Origin: Trichinella spiralis
Taxonomy: Eukaryota
Direction: 5' to 3'
Length of the DNA stretch: 64,000 bases
NCBI RefSeq assembly: GCF_000181795.1
Contig: NW_003526941.1
Location: 3,040,195-3,104,194, forward strand
Every line of letters begins with the position of its first letter. Position 1 is the stretch's first letter. The position numbers were made by a program, and so were the translations under genes. The notes beneath the pieces were generated by a model. The model was given only the letters and a program-made list of their open reading frames with translations. It was not told where the DNA came from and made no database searches. Shown here in pieces: positions 25,786-37,360 of this stretch.

Positions 25786-27110
25786 ATGCAATTACTAAGC
25801 ATTTAATTATTCTCCCATATCGGTTTTTTAATAATTTTCAAGTACAATTATAAGTTACAGAACCATCCATTTCTTGTACACGTTTTTTTCAGATTTATGT
25901 GAGATATATCCATGTTACACCAAAAATAAATATTATTTTGGATGTGTTATTAAATACTCTATCAAAAAATCATTATTTCTTATTTTATATCAATAATAAT
26001 GAAATGGAAAAAATTTTTTAATACAGAATGTCACAACTATCAACATTATTTACTTTTTGAAAGTACATTAGTTTTCTGAAATTTAATCAATGAAAATATT
26101 TTCAATTAATAATAAATAATGAATTTACATCAAAATAGTATTCATTATTTTTTTATTAAATGATGTTACCTGATTTTAGTTAACAATTTCAGATTACGGT
26201 ATTTGTGAATAGAATATAATAATTAGTTTGTTATAAATATTGTAATTATTAAATATAGTTAAATGGTATAAATAATTATTATTAAGTATGAGTTGATAAT
26301 ACTCTTACATTATTAAATCATTATTATTTGAATAGATATGTGGTCCCAATATCATCCGTGAAACATAGAAAACAACCCATAAAATCTTAATAAATCTTTT
26401 TTTTATTTTTAATCTGCTTCAAAATGTAAGCGCTCTACGGTAAAATGTAATCTTGCAATAAATGCGCTGAAAAAGTGAAAACATCATAAAAAGAAGTCCA
26501 ATCATGCCAGAATAATTTCAAATGTGCTCGACAACTTAAGTTAACAAAATTCAATATAACATAACTTGATAGCTGTTGTGTAAATTTAAAAGTATTTGAA
26601 TTAGTTAACAGTACATGTTTGGAAATGTTAAGCATTGAATACAAAATTAATCAAACAAATGATAATGTCGACCTTCACTTTCACACTGACCTGCATTCAG
26701 AATTGACAGCACCTTCACCGACTTATTCTTTGCTGTTGTTTTAAACAAATATTCGAAAATTTACATATAAATAAGTTATTTCTCCTGATTAATTTAATGC
26801 ATATGTATTATTAATTAGTAGTAAGGTTAATGTTATGTGCTACTACTAATGCCTGACGACATTTGAGTTTACTACACAATAATAACAATACTGAAAATAT
26901 TGCAAAACGGTAAATTGGTAAAACTTTATTTTTTCTTTGATAAACGTTTCATGCTCATTATCATCAAACACAAGAAATCAATTAAAAATTAAGTATTTAT
27001 TTTCATTTTTGAGGCAATACTATCTACCGGTAACAAAGTGAGATGTGCCAAAGTGAACAAAAACAAAACTGGCACACAATAAGTATAATACATTACGGTT
27101 ATTACTATTA

Positions 27111-28331
27111 TTAAAGTTCGTCGTCAGCATGTTTCATTTCTTCCGTTTCTTCAGCTTCTTCCTCTTCGTCACCACTTTTCTCACCCTCCTTTTTCTTTGC
27201 TATCTCTTCCATTTTCTTTCGTTCTTCTTCTTCCAACTCGTCGTGCATTTTTTGCTCTGCTAACTTGCTCTTACCATAAGTGTTTTCCACAAATTCCTTC
27301 GCATAATCAGGGTCATCTGTGATCAATATGTTGTCAAAAATCGTGCCTGATTTCACCTGCCACAAGTCGAAGCCAACTGCACCGATGTCTTTGAAAACAT
27401 GCAAATTCGGATCGGCAACATAATCTGGATTCGGAATCTCCGGCGCAACCCAAATTCCTTTGAAGGCCGGATTTTTTATCTGTTTCGGACGCCATTCTCC
27501 TTTATACTCAGGATTTGGAATCATCGGCGGTTCCCATTCACCATCCATCTCTTCATCCCAGTCATCAGGCTTCTTCGCGTCCGGATCTGGAATATTTTCT
27601 GGCTTGTCCCAGTCGTCAGGCTTCGTATCCGTTTCGTCGTCAAGATATTCGCGTTCATCCCAGTCTTCTGGTTTCTTAGCTTCAGGATCTTTTATTTTCT
27701 TCGGCAACAAAAAGTCCCAATCATCTTCCAGATTACCGCTTTGGACTTTCTCATTGTCAATCAACACGCTGTATTCATTGTTAGGCTTCACGATCAACGT
27801 GTAGACGTGCGTCAGTTCATCGGTTTTGCAGGGAATTTCCTTTTTGAGCATCAAATTGCGGCCTTTGTAGTGAAAAATAACATGAACAAGTCTAGTCGAT
27901 GTACCGCATATATCGGGTCCGAACATAACATAATACGGTGTTTCACCATGAAAATCTTCCAAATTAGCGTTCTCTGGCAATAACTTGATATAACCACCTC
28001 CGCAATCAATCTTCTGTTCATGCTTTACACTGAATGAAAGCACCAAAGCCTTATCACTGGTGTCCAACTTCTTATCCATTTTACGAGACAATTCATAAAA
28101 TCGGGCGTCCTGGGATGTCTGAATACCTTTATCTGCCTCAGCGTCACCGTAAAACTTTCCCGCAGACAACTTGAACTTTCCATAATCATCTTTGTGTTTA
28201 GACAGAATCCAACGACTCTCCCACGCATCACCATCTTCGAACGTTTCTTTCAAATAAACCTCGGCCTCGGCTCTCTTTCCACAGTGAGTCAAGAAAACGA
28301 ACAACGCAAAAGAGAAAACAATCCACTTCAT
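27111..28331 (-). CDS. CALR: Calreticulin, single coding exon, 406 aa
   Basis: ATG at 28331 with signal MKWIVFSFALF. Motifs KGIQTSQDARFY, KHEQKIDCGGGYIKL and MFGPDICG, P-domain repeats (KPEDWDE, GEWEPPMIPNPEYKGEW), an acidic tail and a C-terminal DDEL ER-retrieval signal. Confidence 0.97.
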   Translation of the reverse strand: MKWIVFSFALFVFLTHCGKRAEAEVYLKETFEDGDAWESRWILSKHKDDYGKFKLSAGKFYGDAEADKGIQTSQDARFYELSRKMDKKLDTSDKALVLSFSVKHEQKIDCGGGYIKLLPENANLEDFHGETPYYVMFGPDICGTSTRLVHVIFHYKGRNLMLKKEIPCKTDELTHVYTLIVKPNNEYSVLIDNEKVQSGNLEDDWDFLLPKKIKDPEAKKPEDWDEREYLDDETDTKPDDWDKPENIPDPDAKKPDDWDEEMDGEWEPPMIPNPEYKGEWRPKQIKNPAFKGIWVAPEIPNPDYVADPNLHVFKDIGAVGFDLWQVKSGTIFDNILITDDPDYAKEFVENTYGKSKLAEQKMHDELEEEERKKMEEIAKKKEGEKSGDEEEEAEETEEMKHADDEL

Positions 28332-28454
28332 GATGGGAAGCAGAAAAACAATCAGAAACAAAGAGGACAGCAAACGAACCACGACCAGCACAAACACGAC
28401 TAACAGAATGAACCCGTTCAACCACAACCAACCCGGGCAGCGGAAAAACTGATA

Positions 28455-28500
28455 CGTATACAAATCTTATTGGTTGCATTGCGTGCTCGATGTTGATTGG
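28455..28500 (-). promoter_or_regulatory. Two tandem ERSE-like elements (CCAAT-N9-GCACG and CCAAT-N9-ATACG)
   Basis: On the minus strand: CCAAT caacatcga GCACG (28482-28500) and CCAAT aagatttgt ATACG (28455-28473), 125-170 bp upstream of the calreticulin ATG. Confidence 0.55.
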
Positions 28501-29648
28501 TGGAAAATAAAAATTACCCAATAGTTTTATGACAAATAATATCTCTGGTAAAGAAAATCAAGTAGGCTATCATATTCTACAGTACACTAAATCAAATAAA
28601 AATACTTATACAAACATAAAAATAAATGGAATGAAAAAATAAGCTTAAATAAATATTTTAAAATCGAATATGTATTACATTATAAATTAAAAAAACAATT
28701 TAATGCTAACAGATTATGATAACAATTTTTATACAATAAAACTTTTTACACAAAAGATAAATGATAATATGGAAATGAAATTGCACTGTAAAATATGTAT
28801 CCCTGACGCAAATCAAAATTCTGCTAAGTAAAATAGCTTAGATTAACCAAATTAGAACTTTGACGAAAAAACAAACTTGATTTTCAAAAAATTTTTAATA
28901 ACAACAGTAAATATCATAAATACAACATTTTATTTTCATGAATAAAAATCCCTTATCTATATGCAGAAATAATTGTTTTCAAGCTTAACAGTGGAGAGCA
29001 TTCAGGTATAAGAGTTACCGGCGACGAAGAATTTAAAATGAGACCAAGTAGCAAAATATCGATTGTTTTTCAACAATAAAAAAGTATTTTTAATAGTGAA
29101 AGCGTCAAACGATTTTTAGCATTCAATCATTACTGAATGGAGCAATAAAATTTCAGAATTTACGTCAATTTATTCAATTAAACAGAAGCGCCATTAATAT
29201 AAAAGTAAGCCGAGGTGAAAAATAATAAATGGAATGATATACTTTTTGAGCCACTTTCGAAATCAGAAAAATAATAAGAAAATTAATTTTTGTAAAATGA
29301 ACTGAAAACAGAAACCATCAACTCAAATAAACTAAAAATTTCAGAAAGAAAATCACGATGCCTCGAAAGGCAAAACAGGAAGAAAATAATTCAACATAGT
29401 GTATCTCTACAACTGCAAATATTCTCCTTTCCGTCCTCCTAGTAAATGTGAAACCGCCTAAATTATAACATATTTTTGATGTTACAATATTCCAAATCAA
29501 TTTCTCTTTCATTGCTATTAACCACCAGTTGTTTACGTATAATTTTAAATTCCATATGCTTTAAAGTGGAAACAGTTTAAACATTTACATTAACCCTATT
29601 GATAATATTAAAACGTTTTCATTTAAAAGTTGTATTCTCTAGCAAACA

Positions 29649-30623
29649 ATGATACTGTCGAGTGATCCTCTGCCGTATTGGAAATTACATCGTGGTAATA
29701 ACCGATTTTTTTTCAATGGGAAGTGCACGATTTCTTGGAATATCGTACCATTTCTGCTCACTTTTTTTCTTACATGTACTACAATTATTGCTTCCTTCGT
29801 ATATGACGTTCCTTTCATTTACGAAAAGATGGGTATCGCCTTTCCATTTTGTAATGCTGCCCTTAGTCTGCTGGTCATAGCTTCTTTGTGTAAAACAACG
29901 TTTACTGATCCAGGAATCATTCCAAGAGCAACACCAGCAGAATTGACTGATGAAGAACAATTTGATGAAAAGTACGGCATGCAAATGAAAATTCCATCAC
30001 CCATAATGCATCAATTTTTAAATCATCAAGTGACTGTAAAATTCTGCACAACTTGCAAAATCTTTCGTCCCCCACGCAGCGCCCATTGTGCTATCTGTAA
30101 TAACTGCGTTGATTGTTTTGACCACCACTGTCCATGGATCTCTTCTTGCATTGGAAGGCGTAATTACAGAGATTTTTTCATATATATAACTTCCTTAACA
30201 TTGCTAACTTGTAGTATTTTCATATGTTCCGTCTATCACATAGTTAACTGTACTAAAAATCAAACAACAAGTGAATTTTTCATGAAAAATCCAGGAACTT
30301 CCCTTACTTTATCTCTGCCTGCAATAGTTCTGCTGCCTCTTTCTATACTTCTTGCTTACCACATCTTCTTGTCATGGCATAATCTCACAACTCGTGAACA
30401 AGTAAAATATTTTCCTTTAAAAAAAAAGGAACGAAATCTGGTCAACTCCACAAATCCATACTCAAAAAAAAGCGGATTCGCTAACATCGTATACATCTTT
30501 TTCTCTCCACGTACCCCAAGCATGATGACTAAAAATACGAATACCGTTTCCGTGATAGATTTTTCAAAGCTTCCAGCTATCCCACCAGCATCGCAATGTC
30601 GTGAAAATAACTTCAAAGTGTAA
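29649..30623 (+). CDS. DHHC palmitoyltransferase, ZDHHC9/14/18 (Erf2/app)-like, single exon
   Basis: Contains WKLHRGNNRFFFNGKC, TDPGIIPRA, the DHHC cysteine-rich domain KFCTTCKIFRPPRSAHCAICNNCVDCFDHHCPW, and NLTTRE and NPYS motifs. Four hydrophobic segments. Confidence 0.93.
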   Translation: MILSSDPLPYWKLHRGNNRFFFNGKCTISWNIVPFLLTFFLTCTTIIASFVYDVPFIYEKMGIAFPFCNAALSLLVIASLCKTTFTDPGIIPRATPAELTDEEQFDEKYGMQMKIPSPIMHQFLNHQVTVKFCTTCKIFRPPRSAHCAICNNCVDCFDHHCPWISSCIGRRNYRDFFIYITSLTLLTCSIFICSVYHIVNCTKNQTTSEFFMKNPGTSLTLSLPAIVLLPLSILLAYHIFLSWHNLTTREQVKYFPLKKKERNLVNSTNPYSKKSGFANIVYIFFSPRTPSMMTKNTNTVSVIDFSKLPAIPPASQCRENNFKV

Positions 30624-31384
30624 AACAACATAATAAGCCCTGTTGTAATAAACACTTACTGTATCATATTTCCCACAGGATAAATAAACGGTACAACATT
30701 TTTTTATATGTAAAACATTTTATTGTTGTTGTAAATGGCTACAGTCTTTTTCTTTGAAGACTTTTCAACGTAAACTAAAATTACAGATTCCGTTTTTTAC
30801 AGTAATACTTTGAAAATTTGATCTCAAAATAATGGCAACCTGTGGTCTTTTTCAATTTATTTGCCTTTATTATGTGTTATAAAATATTGAAAAATAAAAC
30901 ATATTTATTAAATAAATTCAATATTCTTATTTTTTAATCGTAAAAGAATTTCCATTACATGCATTTGCTCTTATTATGTATTTTATGACATACAAATATT
31001 TGTTATGCCAAAACTATTGTTAGCATTAGCAATCAGACATTTAAAATACTGTTAGTTAATAAGCAATAAGTAAATTTTTTATTTTAAATGCTCAAAAAGA
31101 ATTAGAATGAAGCACAGAAAAACACCCAGACGTTACGCCGAAAATTAATAACATTTCATATTTAAAAGTATTGTAATATATTTAATATTATTGAAATAAT
31201 ATATTGTAAATATTATTGTTACTAATTTTATAACTTAGTGTTTACATTTTGAACCTGCCTTATAAGTTTCACTGTAATTTCTTTATTACCGTAATATTAT
31301 TTTGATACGTGTCGAATCCCGATAAATCATTTTTTTGAACATACTTGCACATTATACGGTCGGTGTTTGTCATTGTCATACAGA

Positions 31385-31876
31385 ATGTCCTTGACGTTTT
31401 TCAAAAACTTTTTGGGTATACACTGTACGGATTTTGAAATGCTTCAGGTTCCAAATCCTAAGATTGAACTGATAATACATGTTACGATGAAAGCCATTGA
31501 GGCCGGTGTTTTGATCGGATCGCTGCTGTTTCCGCTGGATGATGCCTTTAAGAACGATGGCGGCAATTGGGCAGAAATTCAACGATCATTTGTTCGTGGT
31601 GGCATCGCTGGAGGAGCGGCGGGGCTATTGTTTGGTCCTATTTTAGGCTTCATCAGGGCATCTCGGCTTAGTGACGCAGAAGTTTTCGACCGAAGCTATC
31701 GCCTTCGTTTTAATACGTTCCAGCTTAATCTCGACAGGGCATTTTTATTAGCATCAGCATTTGGCTCTCAAATAAATGGTCCGACTGGAGCTGTGGTTGG
31801 TGCAGATTTAGCCCTGTTAACCGGCCTTCTCACATATCTTAGCAAACCTCGCAAGAATTTGCTGTCCGTAATGTAA
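31385..31876 (+). CDS. DUF1757-family small membrane protein, single exon
   Basis: ATG at 31385, immediately after a cag acceptor. MSLTFFKNFLG..VPNPKIELIIHVT, a Gly-rich hydrophobic segment and FDRSYRLRFN..QL..DR match the recalled DUF1757 pattern. Confidence 0.75.
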   Translation: MSLTFFKNFLGIHCTDFEMLQVPNPKIELIIHVTMKAIEAGVLIGSLLFPLDDAFKNDGGNWAEIQRSFVRGGIAGGAAGLLFGPILGFIRASRLSDAEVFDRSYRLRFNTFQLNLDRAFLLASAFGSQINGPTGAVVGADLALLTGLLTYLSKPRKNLLSVM

Positions 31877-32204
31877 ATATTTCATTTCTTTCATCCCATT
31901 TTCCAAGTCAGATCAATATTTATTATGAGTTTTATTTATCAGTTTACTTTGTCGTCATTATATGTATAATAAAGTAATTTTTATTGAAAATTAAAAAATA
32001 AATCACTTGTTTTAAAATAATTGTTTCGTTTCAAAATATACAGTAAAGTACCAAACTGGGTTACCAAACATAAAGAGCAACATTACCAGCAAACGATAAA
32101 ATGTAATTGAAAAGTAGAAAGTGCAGCGTATGAAAATTAAATTATAAAAACAGTAATGTAATAAAATGAAACAAATTTGAAGGATGTCATTCCACTTATT
32201 GTGG

Positions 32205-32672
32205 TTAATCATCGTCCCTGTCGTCATATACTGCTTCAACAGATTTCGGATAAAGATGGCCTGCTTCGTTCAAATAAGTTATACGAATAACTTTGCGCTC
32301 CGCAGCCATCACCTTCACTACAGGCTTTTTCCACATATCTCTTGGCCTTGTGCTTGTCGAATAATTTTTCGGCAGCGCTACACAATGCAGCGTACAGCGG
32401 TCGGTAAATGGTGGTATTCCAGATATCGGCAGGAACTCGACTGCGAAAATTTCACCATCACCGGGTTTAATGTAGCCATACACAGGATTGATCTGTATGC
32501 CATCGGGACGATTCGTGCGAAACTTGTACAGAATGGGAAAATCCGAGTGGTTGAAAGCATTTACTTCAATTATCTTTATGTTGTCATATGGTGCTTGAAG
32601 AATAATTTCCTCTTTCGGATTTATTTCCACACTTTGTGCAGCTCTCTTCAGTTTTTCCTTCTTTAAATGCAT
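32205..32672 (-). CDS. MSP (major sperm protein)-domain protein, single exon
   Basis: VEINPKEEIILQAPYD, N.SDFPILYKFRTNRPD, INPVYGYIKPGD and DRCTL..W follow the MSP/VAP domain pattern. Confidence 0.8.
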   Translation of the reverse strand: MHLKKEKLKRAAQSVEINPKEEIILQAPYDNIKIIEVNAFNHSDFPILYKFRTNRPDGIQINPVYGYIKPGDGEIFAVEFLPISGIPPFTDRCTLHCVALPKNYSTSTRPRDMWKKPVVKVMAAERKVIRITYLNEAGHLYPKSVEAVYDDRDDD

Positions 32673-33085
32673 ACCGAAGCGAACAGTATGGCGTACAGAA
32701 CAAGAACAAAATGAAACTGAATTTACGAGCGCACATATATATTACTTTTTTTTCATTTTAAAGTTTGCTTTTTAAAGTTTTCATTTGTTTAAACTGTGTA
32801 TTGTCTAAACTTTAATCTTTTTTAGAATTTTAACCTATTTTTCTAAATATTTTATAATATGTTCATTTCATATCGCTAAACAAATAAATATTCTTTATTT
32901 CTCTTGTAAAAGAATGTTTTACAGCAAAAAGAGCATTCAGCTTTTATTGTATTAATCTGTCATTTTATTTTTACTTTTATAATAATGTTTGATTGTTCAC
33001 ATTTTCAAGCATCTAAATCATCATTAAATCAATAAATCATAATCAGTTTAATTGTCTTCGTTATTCTTTGTAATATAATCAAAAA

Positions 33086-34361
33086 TTATCGACCAGAACC
33101 AAAAAGTAAATTCGTAGTTGAATTACCGAACAAAGCGTTCATGTGTCGCTTGTTTAAACTAACGGAATAATTTTCTGGTGCCGGACCAGGAGGGCCGTCA
33201 ACGGTCTTTGCTGGAGGCAGAGGATGAATTTTACGTCCACAGTATCCGTCCTTTCGATGCCAAAGACCGCTTCCTTGACGAATGCCCATGCGACGCTTCA
33301 TATTCATGCTACCCCAGTGCTCCTTATTTCTGTTAACATTCGACAACCGCCCCACAGTTGCCATACACTCGGGTAGAATGCGTAATTCATGCTTGTTCGG
33401 CAGCTGAATAATAAATTATACACATTACATGTATATTTCTTTAAAAGAAATAAATACTGCATACCAAAATGACTACACGATTGTCCACTCGCTTCTGTAT
33501 AATCACTGACGTGCCAGCATTCTTGGCAAGAATCCTTTCGTCAGGGCATCCGGGATAGAGCTCGACACTGTTGACGACAGTGCCAGGAACTAGAGCGCCA
33601 ACTGGCCATGAATCACCTTCTTCAGCTTTGATTAAAATTCTAGGCAAATGACAGCTAGTCTTGATTACATCGCCGGCTTTCATATTCTCTGTAGCGAGTA
33701 TCCAACGGCGACCTCGAGTACCAGCCACTAGCGCGATAAATGCAGTTTGAATTCCATCTCGCCGAACTTCAATAACCTGAAACTAACTCATGAAATTAAT
33801 CCACAATGAAAAATAAAACTTTCAGAATTATTTCATTCATTTTGAATTTCCTTTTACCTTTTCCTCATAAACTGTACCATCTGTTGGTCCGATTCGACGG
33901 AAACTTATCCACAACCAGTCGAATTTATAACCTCCACCAACCCTCTGATTCACTTTTTTGCCTACAGAATCAAGAATCGATCGATAATATTCAATTTGAT
34001 TTCACGAAATCGATATAAAAATTTATTATTACGCTTTTAACAAATGATATTTTAAAAGAACAATTAAACCATAACAGTGAAAACAAAATTGCATGAAAAT
34101 CAAACGTGCTAAAAAAATACCTGTTTCTGGATTTCTACCGCCTAGGCGACGTATCTTAATTGGTTTATGTGTGTAAGGCATACATTTCAATGGCGTTAAG
34201 TCAAACTTATACTGAATGTTTGGGCCCGGCTTAGGCAGGAAACGACGATTAGTAATAATCAGTGATGGTGGACGCAGAACCTTTTGAGTTTTGGAAGAAA
34301 GAGCGTGCATGCATCGTAATGAAACCTGACAAAGCGATCGCCCCAAGAAAGTAGCAATCAT
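33086..34361 (-). CDS. MRPL2: Mitochondrial ribosomal protein uL2m, 4 exons
   Basis: N-terminal mitochondrial presequence. Motifs RRLGGRNPETG, RDGIQTAFIALVAGTRGRRWILATENMKAGDVI, AKNAGTS, MATVGRLSN and SGLWHRKDGYCGRKIHPLPP. Confidence 0.93.
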
Positions 34362-34755
34362 AACTGCACCGCAGAACTAAACGAATATATTATGCAAATA
34401 AAATAAAAAAGATACACAAAACAAAAAAAATAAATAATTACTGAGAAATTTTAGAACAGCATTAACAAATAACTTTGTCATACTATCAGCATTACAGTCA
34501 TACACCGTTAAAAATCATACTTGATTGTTAATGTAATACAGTATGAATTAAGATAGAAAAACCTTAAATCTTAATAAATATTAACAAGTTATAAACATGC
34601 GATTCCAGCACTTAACTATTTGAGTCTGATTGATAGACAAATAAGCTGAAAATGAATAAAATTTTATCAAATATCAATCGAATAAAAGTTAACATAAAAG
34701 TTGGCAAAAGCAACCAAGTACAACATTAACTGGGATAAATAGTCACTCTTCTAAT

Positions 34756-35526
34756 TTAATGAAAATCGCTGTAATGGGGTGGGAAATCATTCTCTCCTTG
34801 GCAGCAAAAATTTTCACCGCTAACAAAGTATTGAATACATGTTGCATAAAACGCTTCACCAAAAGACGAAGTATTTGATAATGGTAACTCTTTGGCTAAC
34901 TGACTTGCGTTCAAAAGATATCTGAAAGTGGTTAAATTTTCATTTTCTTCAACAATAGAGTCACTCATAACTTTAAAGCTATTGCCGAAAAAAACCAAAT
35001 TCAAAAATGTACTGTGTCGATTTGCATACAACACATTGTTGTAAAGCTCTCTTTCACAGTGAGGCATGTAAAAAAGAGTCGGAACCGATGCAAGGCGCAG
35101 GCCACGTTCATTTTCTGCTATTAACGTCCACCCTTTCGAAACCAAAATATTCTTTTCCACGTCACTGAAGATCGGATCAAATATCCACTTCTTTCCGCTG
35201 AACATGGCATTCTCGCACAGCAATTCTAAAAGAACCAATTGGCAAAGTGCATCCTTACATTCATAAAAAGCACCAAGACCGTAACAGACAACATCAACGG
35301 AAGAGATAGACAACTGCGGCAGCTTATCATGCATGGCAATAATGAGAGAAGAGAGAACATTTTCGAAAAGACCAGTCTGTAATAATTTATTTTTGTAACG
35401 TTCATATTGAACGCGCCAATAACAATTTTCATCATCTTCTGCGATGGATTTACGTTTCTTTCTTTTCTTCATTCCATTTATACGCCGGTCAATAAAGCCA
35501 TTTTCATCGACTTCCACATTCATCAT
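34756..35526 (-). CDS. SRRD: SRR1-domain protein, single coding exon
   Basis: Contains VVCYGLG, QLVLL, IFDPIFS, ENERG, PTLFYMPHCERELYNNVLYAN, FFGNSF and AFYAT. Confidence 0.9.
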   Translation of the reverse strand: MMNVEVDENGFIDRRINGMKKRKKRKSIAEDDENCYWRVQYERYKNKLLQTGLFENVLSSLIIAMHDKLPQLSISSVDVVCYGLGAFYECKDALCQLVLLELLCENAMFSGKKWIFDPIFSDVEKNILVSKGWTLIAENERGLRLASVPTLFYMPHCERELYNNVLYANRHSTFLNLVFFGNSFKVMSDSIVEENENLTTFRYLLNASQLAKELPLSNTSSFGEAFYATCIQYFVSGENFCCQGENDFPPHYSDFH

Positions 35527-36379
35527 GTATGCTTTTTCATTATAATTTTAAGCAACCTGAAAATGCAAAATGCCATCAGATGATAAATACTTTAGTAAAG
35601 TCATGAATAAACTTTCACTGATTGTTTTTAGTTTAAATTTATATATCAAATTACTCCGATTTCAGTTAAAATTCATGCGTAAGTTCAAGCTACACTCATA
35701 TATTAAAATACTGTAGCTTTCAAACTGAAAATATTTATTGAAAGCTCACATTTTCAATGAAATAAAAGTATTCATATTTCATAATCGACTAATGCTAAGT
35801 TCTAAATAACCGTAGACTGCGCAGAATATATAATCTTTTCTAATAAACTACAGTATACTCTGCCCATTCGTGTACGTTACTACCGTTTCACCATTTTTTG
35901 ATTAGCAAACAATTAGGAAAAACAAATTTTGTTTTGCAAATTTTATTAAATTTTTTATTTATTTACGTATTTAATTTAGTAATATTAACAAGCTATTAAA
36001 TTAACAGTTGAGTTGATTAGCAGTTAATAGTCAGCGTTTAGTATGTCGAACATTTTATACTGTGAATGTGTACAGTGAACTGAAAAAGTTTCCTTTGAAT
36101 TACGGTAAACGATTAGGTTCAAACGTTTTCGACATTAAATTTAATATTGAAATGAAAATACTTCAGTTTCATTAATTACAATTCTTCTGATCAAAATTCA
36201 AATTAGCGTTTTTAATATCAGCGTAATAACCTTTTTTTGTGTAACCCCAGAGATGGCAGTGACTCAGTAATCAAAAAAGAACTATATATACTTGTTTAAA
36301 TTTTTAGTCACTGATTGTTAATTTTTATTTCTCAAAATAAAATACATCAAATGCAAACCCCGGTTGAAGCGCTGAAAAC

Positions 36380-37360
36380 TTAATCGGTTGATCTGTTGTC
36401 TATTAAAATGACAGTTTTTGATGGAGTTCCATCGCTAGTAAACAACATATATCTGTAATTATATTTTCCATTTTCATCCTATCAAAAATGAAAAGAATTA
36501 CAGTGTCATCTATTTGGAGAATGATGTAAAAAAAATTTACCTGCTGCATCTCAAGGAGAACAGTGCCTTTAGCGATGCTACCTTCGACGTAAAATTTCAT
36601 CCTCAAGTAATTTTTGCCATCTTTTTCATATTCAAGATGACTAAAAATCAAATCAATTTAATAGGACAAGTATATTAAACATTTCTTTTCAAATATACTC
36701 CACATGTCGGCGTCGTCCTCTTCTTGTTATGGGTCCGCCATATGCTTTGATCGGATTGCCAAGTATAAGTTCAACCTCAACAAAAATGAAGAAAAGGATA
36801 AGCAAAATGTTAGCATAAAATAAACTTTCTCAAACTTCTGGATGAGCTTTGACCAATTTAAAAGCGTTCGAATAAATTTTACTTGGCCTTTGATTTGAAA
36901 AAAGTTCCGAAACTATACAATAAACAATCACACCAGTGACAGCCACACAAGCAACAACGATGCTGAAATAACCAAAATCTTTGCTCGCTTGAGTAACTAA
37001 AATTAAAAACATAAAATAATTGTTAAAAATCAATTTATTTACTTCGACAATAATTCTACTTTTCTGTACTGTAGTAGCAGGAGCTTTTGCATCATCGGTC
37101 AGCAAACGATTGATAACAGTGGAATCAGGGCTTTGAGTTTCGTTGCATTTGTCCAATGATTTGTCTTTCGAATTTGTACTGGAATTTCTCCCTGACAAAC
37201 ACATCCCAACTCTAACATTGCCAATGACGTATGGACGATGATGACGTAAAATTAAAATTGAATTTGGAGAACTACAGACTTGTCTGAAAAGTACAGCAGC
37301 ATGACGATAGCATATCGCCGATCGAGAGCATCTTTTGAAAAACTCCATTCCAACAAGCAT
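36380..37360 (-). CDS. TIMM21: Mitochondrial import inner membrane translocase subunit Tim21, 5 exons
   Basis: Presequence, then KDFGYFSIVVAC..ELFS (TM), LGNPIKAYG..TRRGRRRHV, YEKDGKNYLRMKFYVEG and YNYRYM..VILIDNR. Stop at 36380-36382. Confidence 0.92.

Noticed and set aside
27399..27983. 194-aa and 114-aa plus-strand ORFs
   Set aside because: Antisense shadows of the calreticulin CDS with no recognisable protein features.
28332..28463. 44-codon N-terminal extension of the calreticulin ORF in the track
   Set aside because: It starts at a TTG within the promoter region; the ATG at 28331 gives a normal signal peptide.
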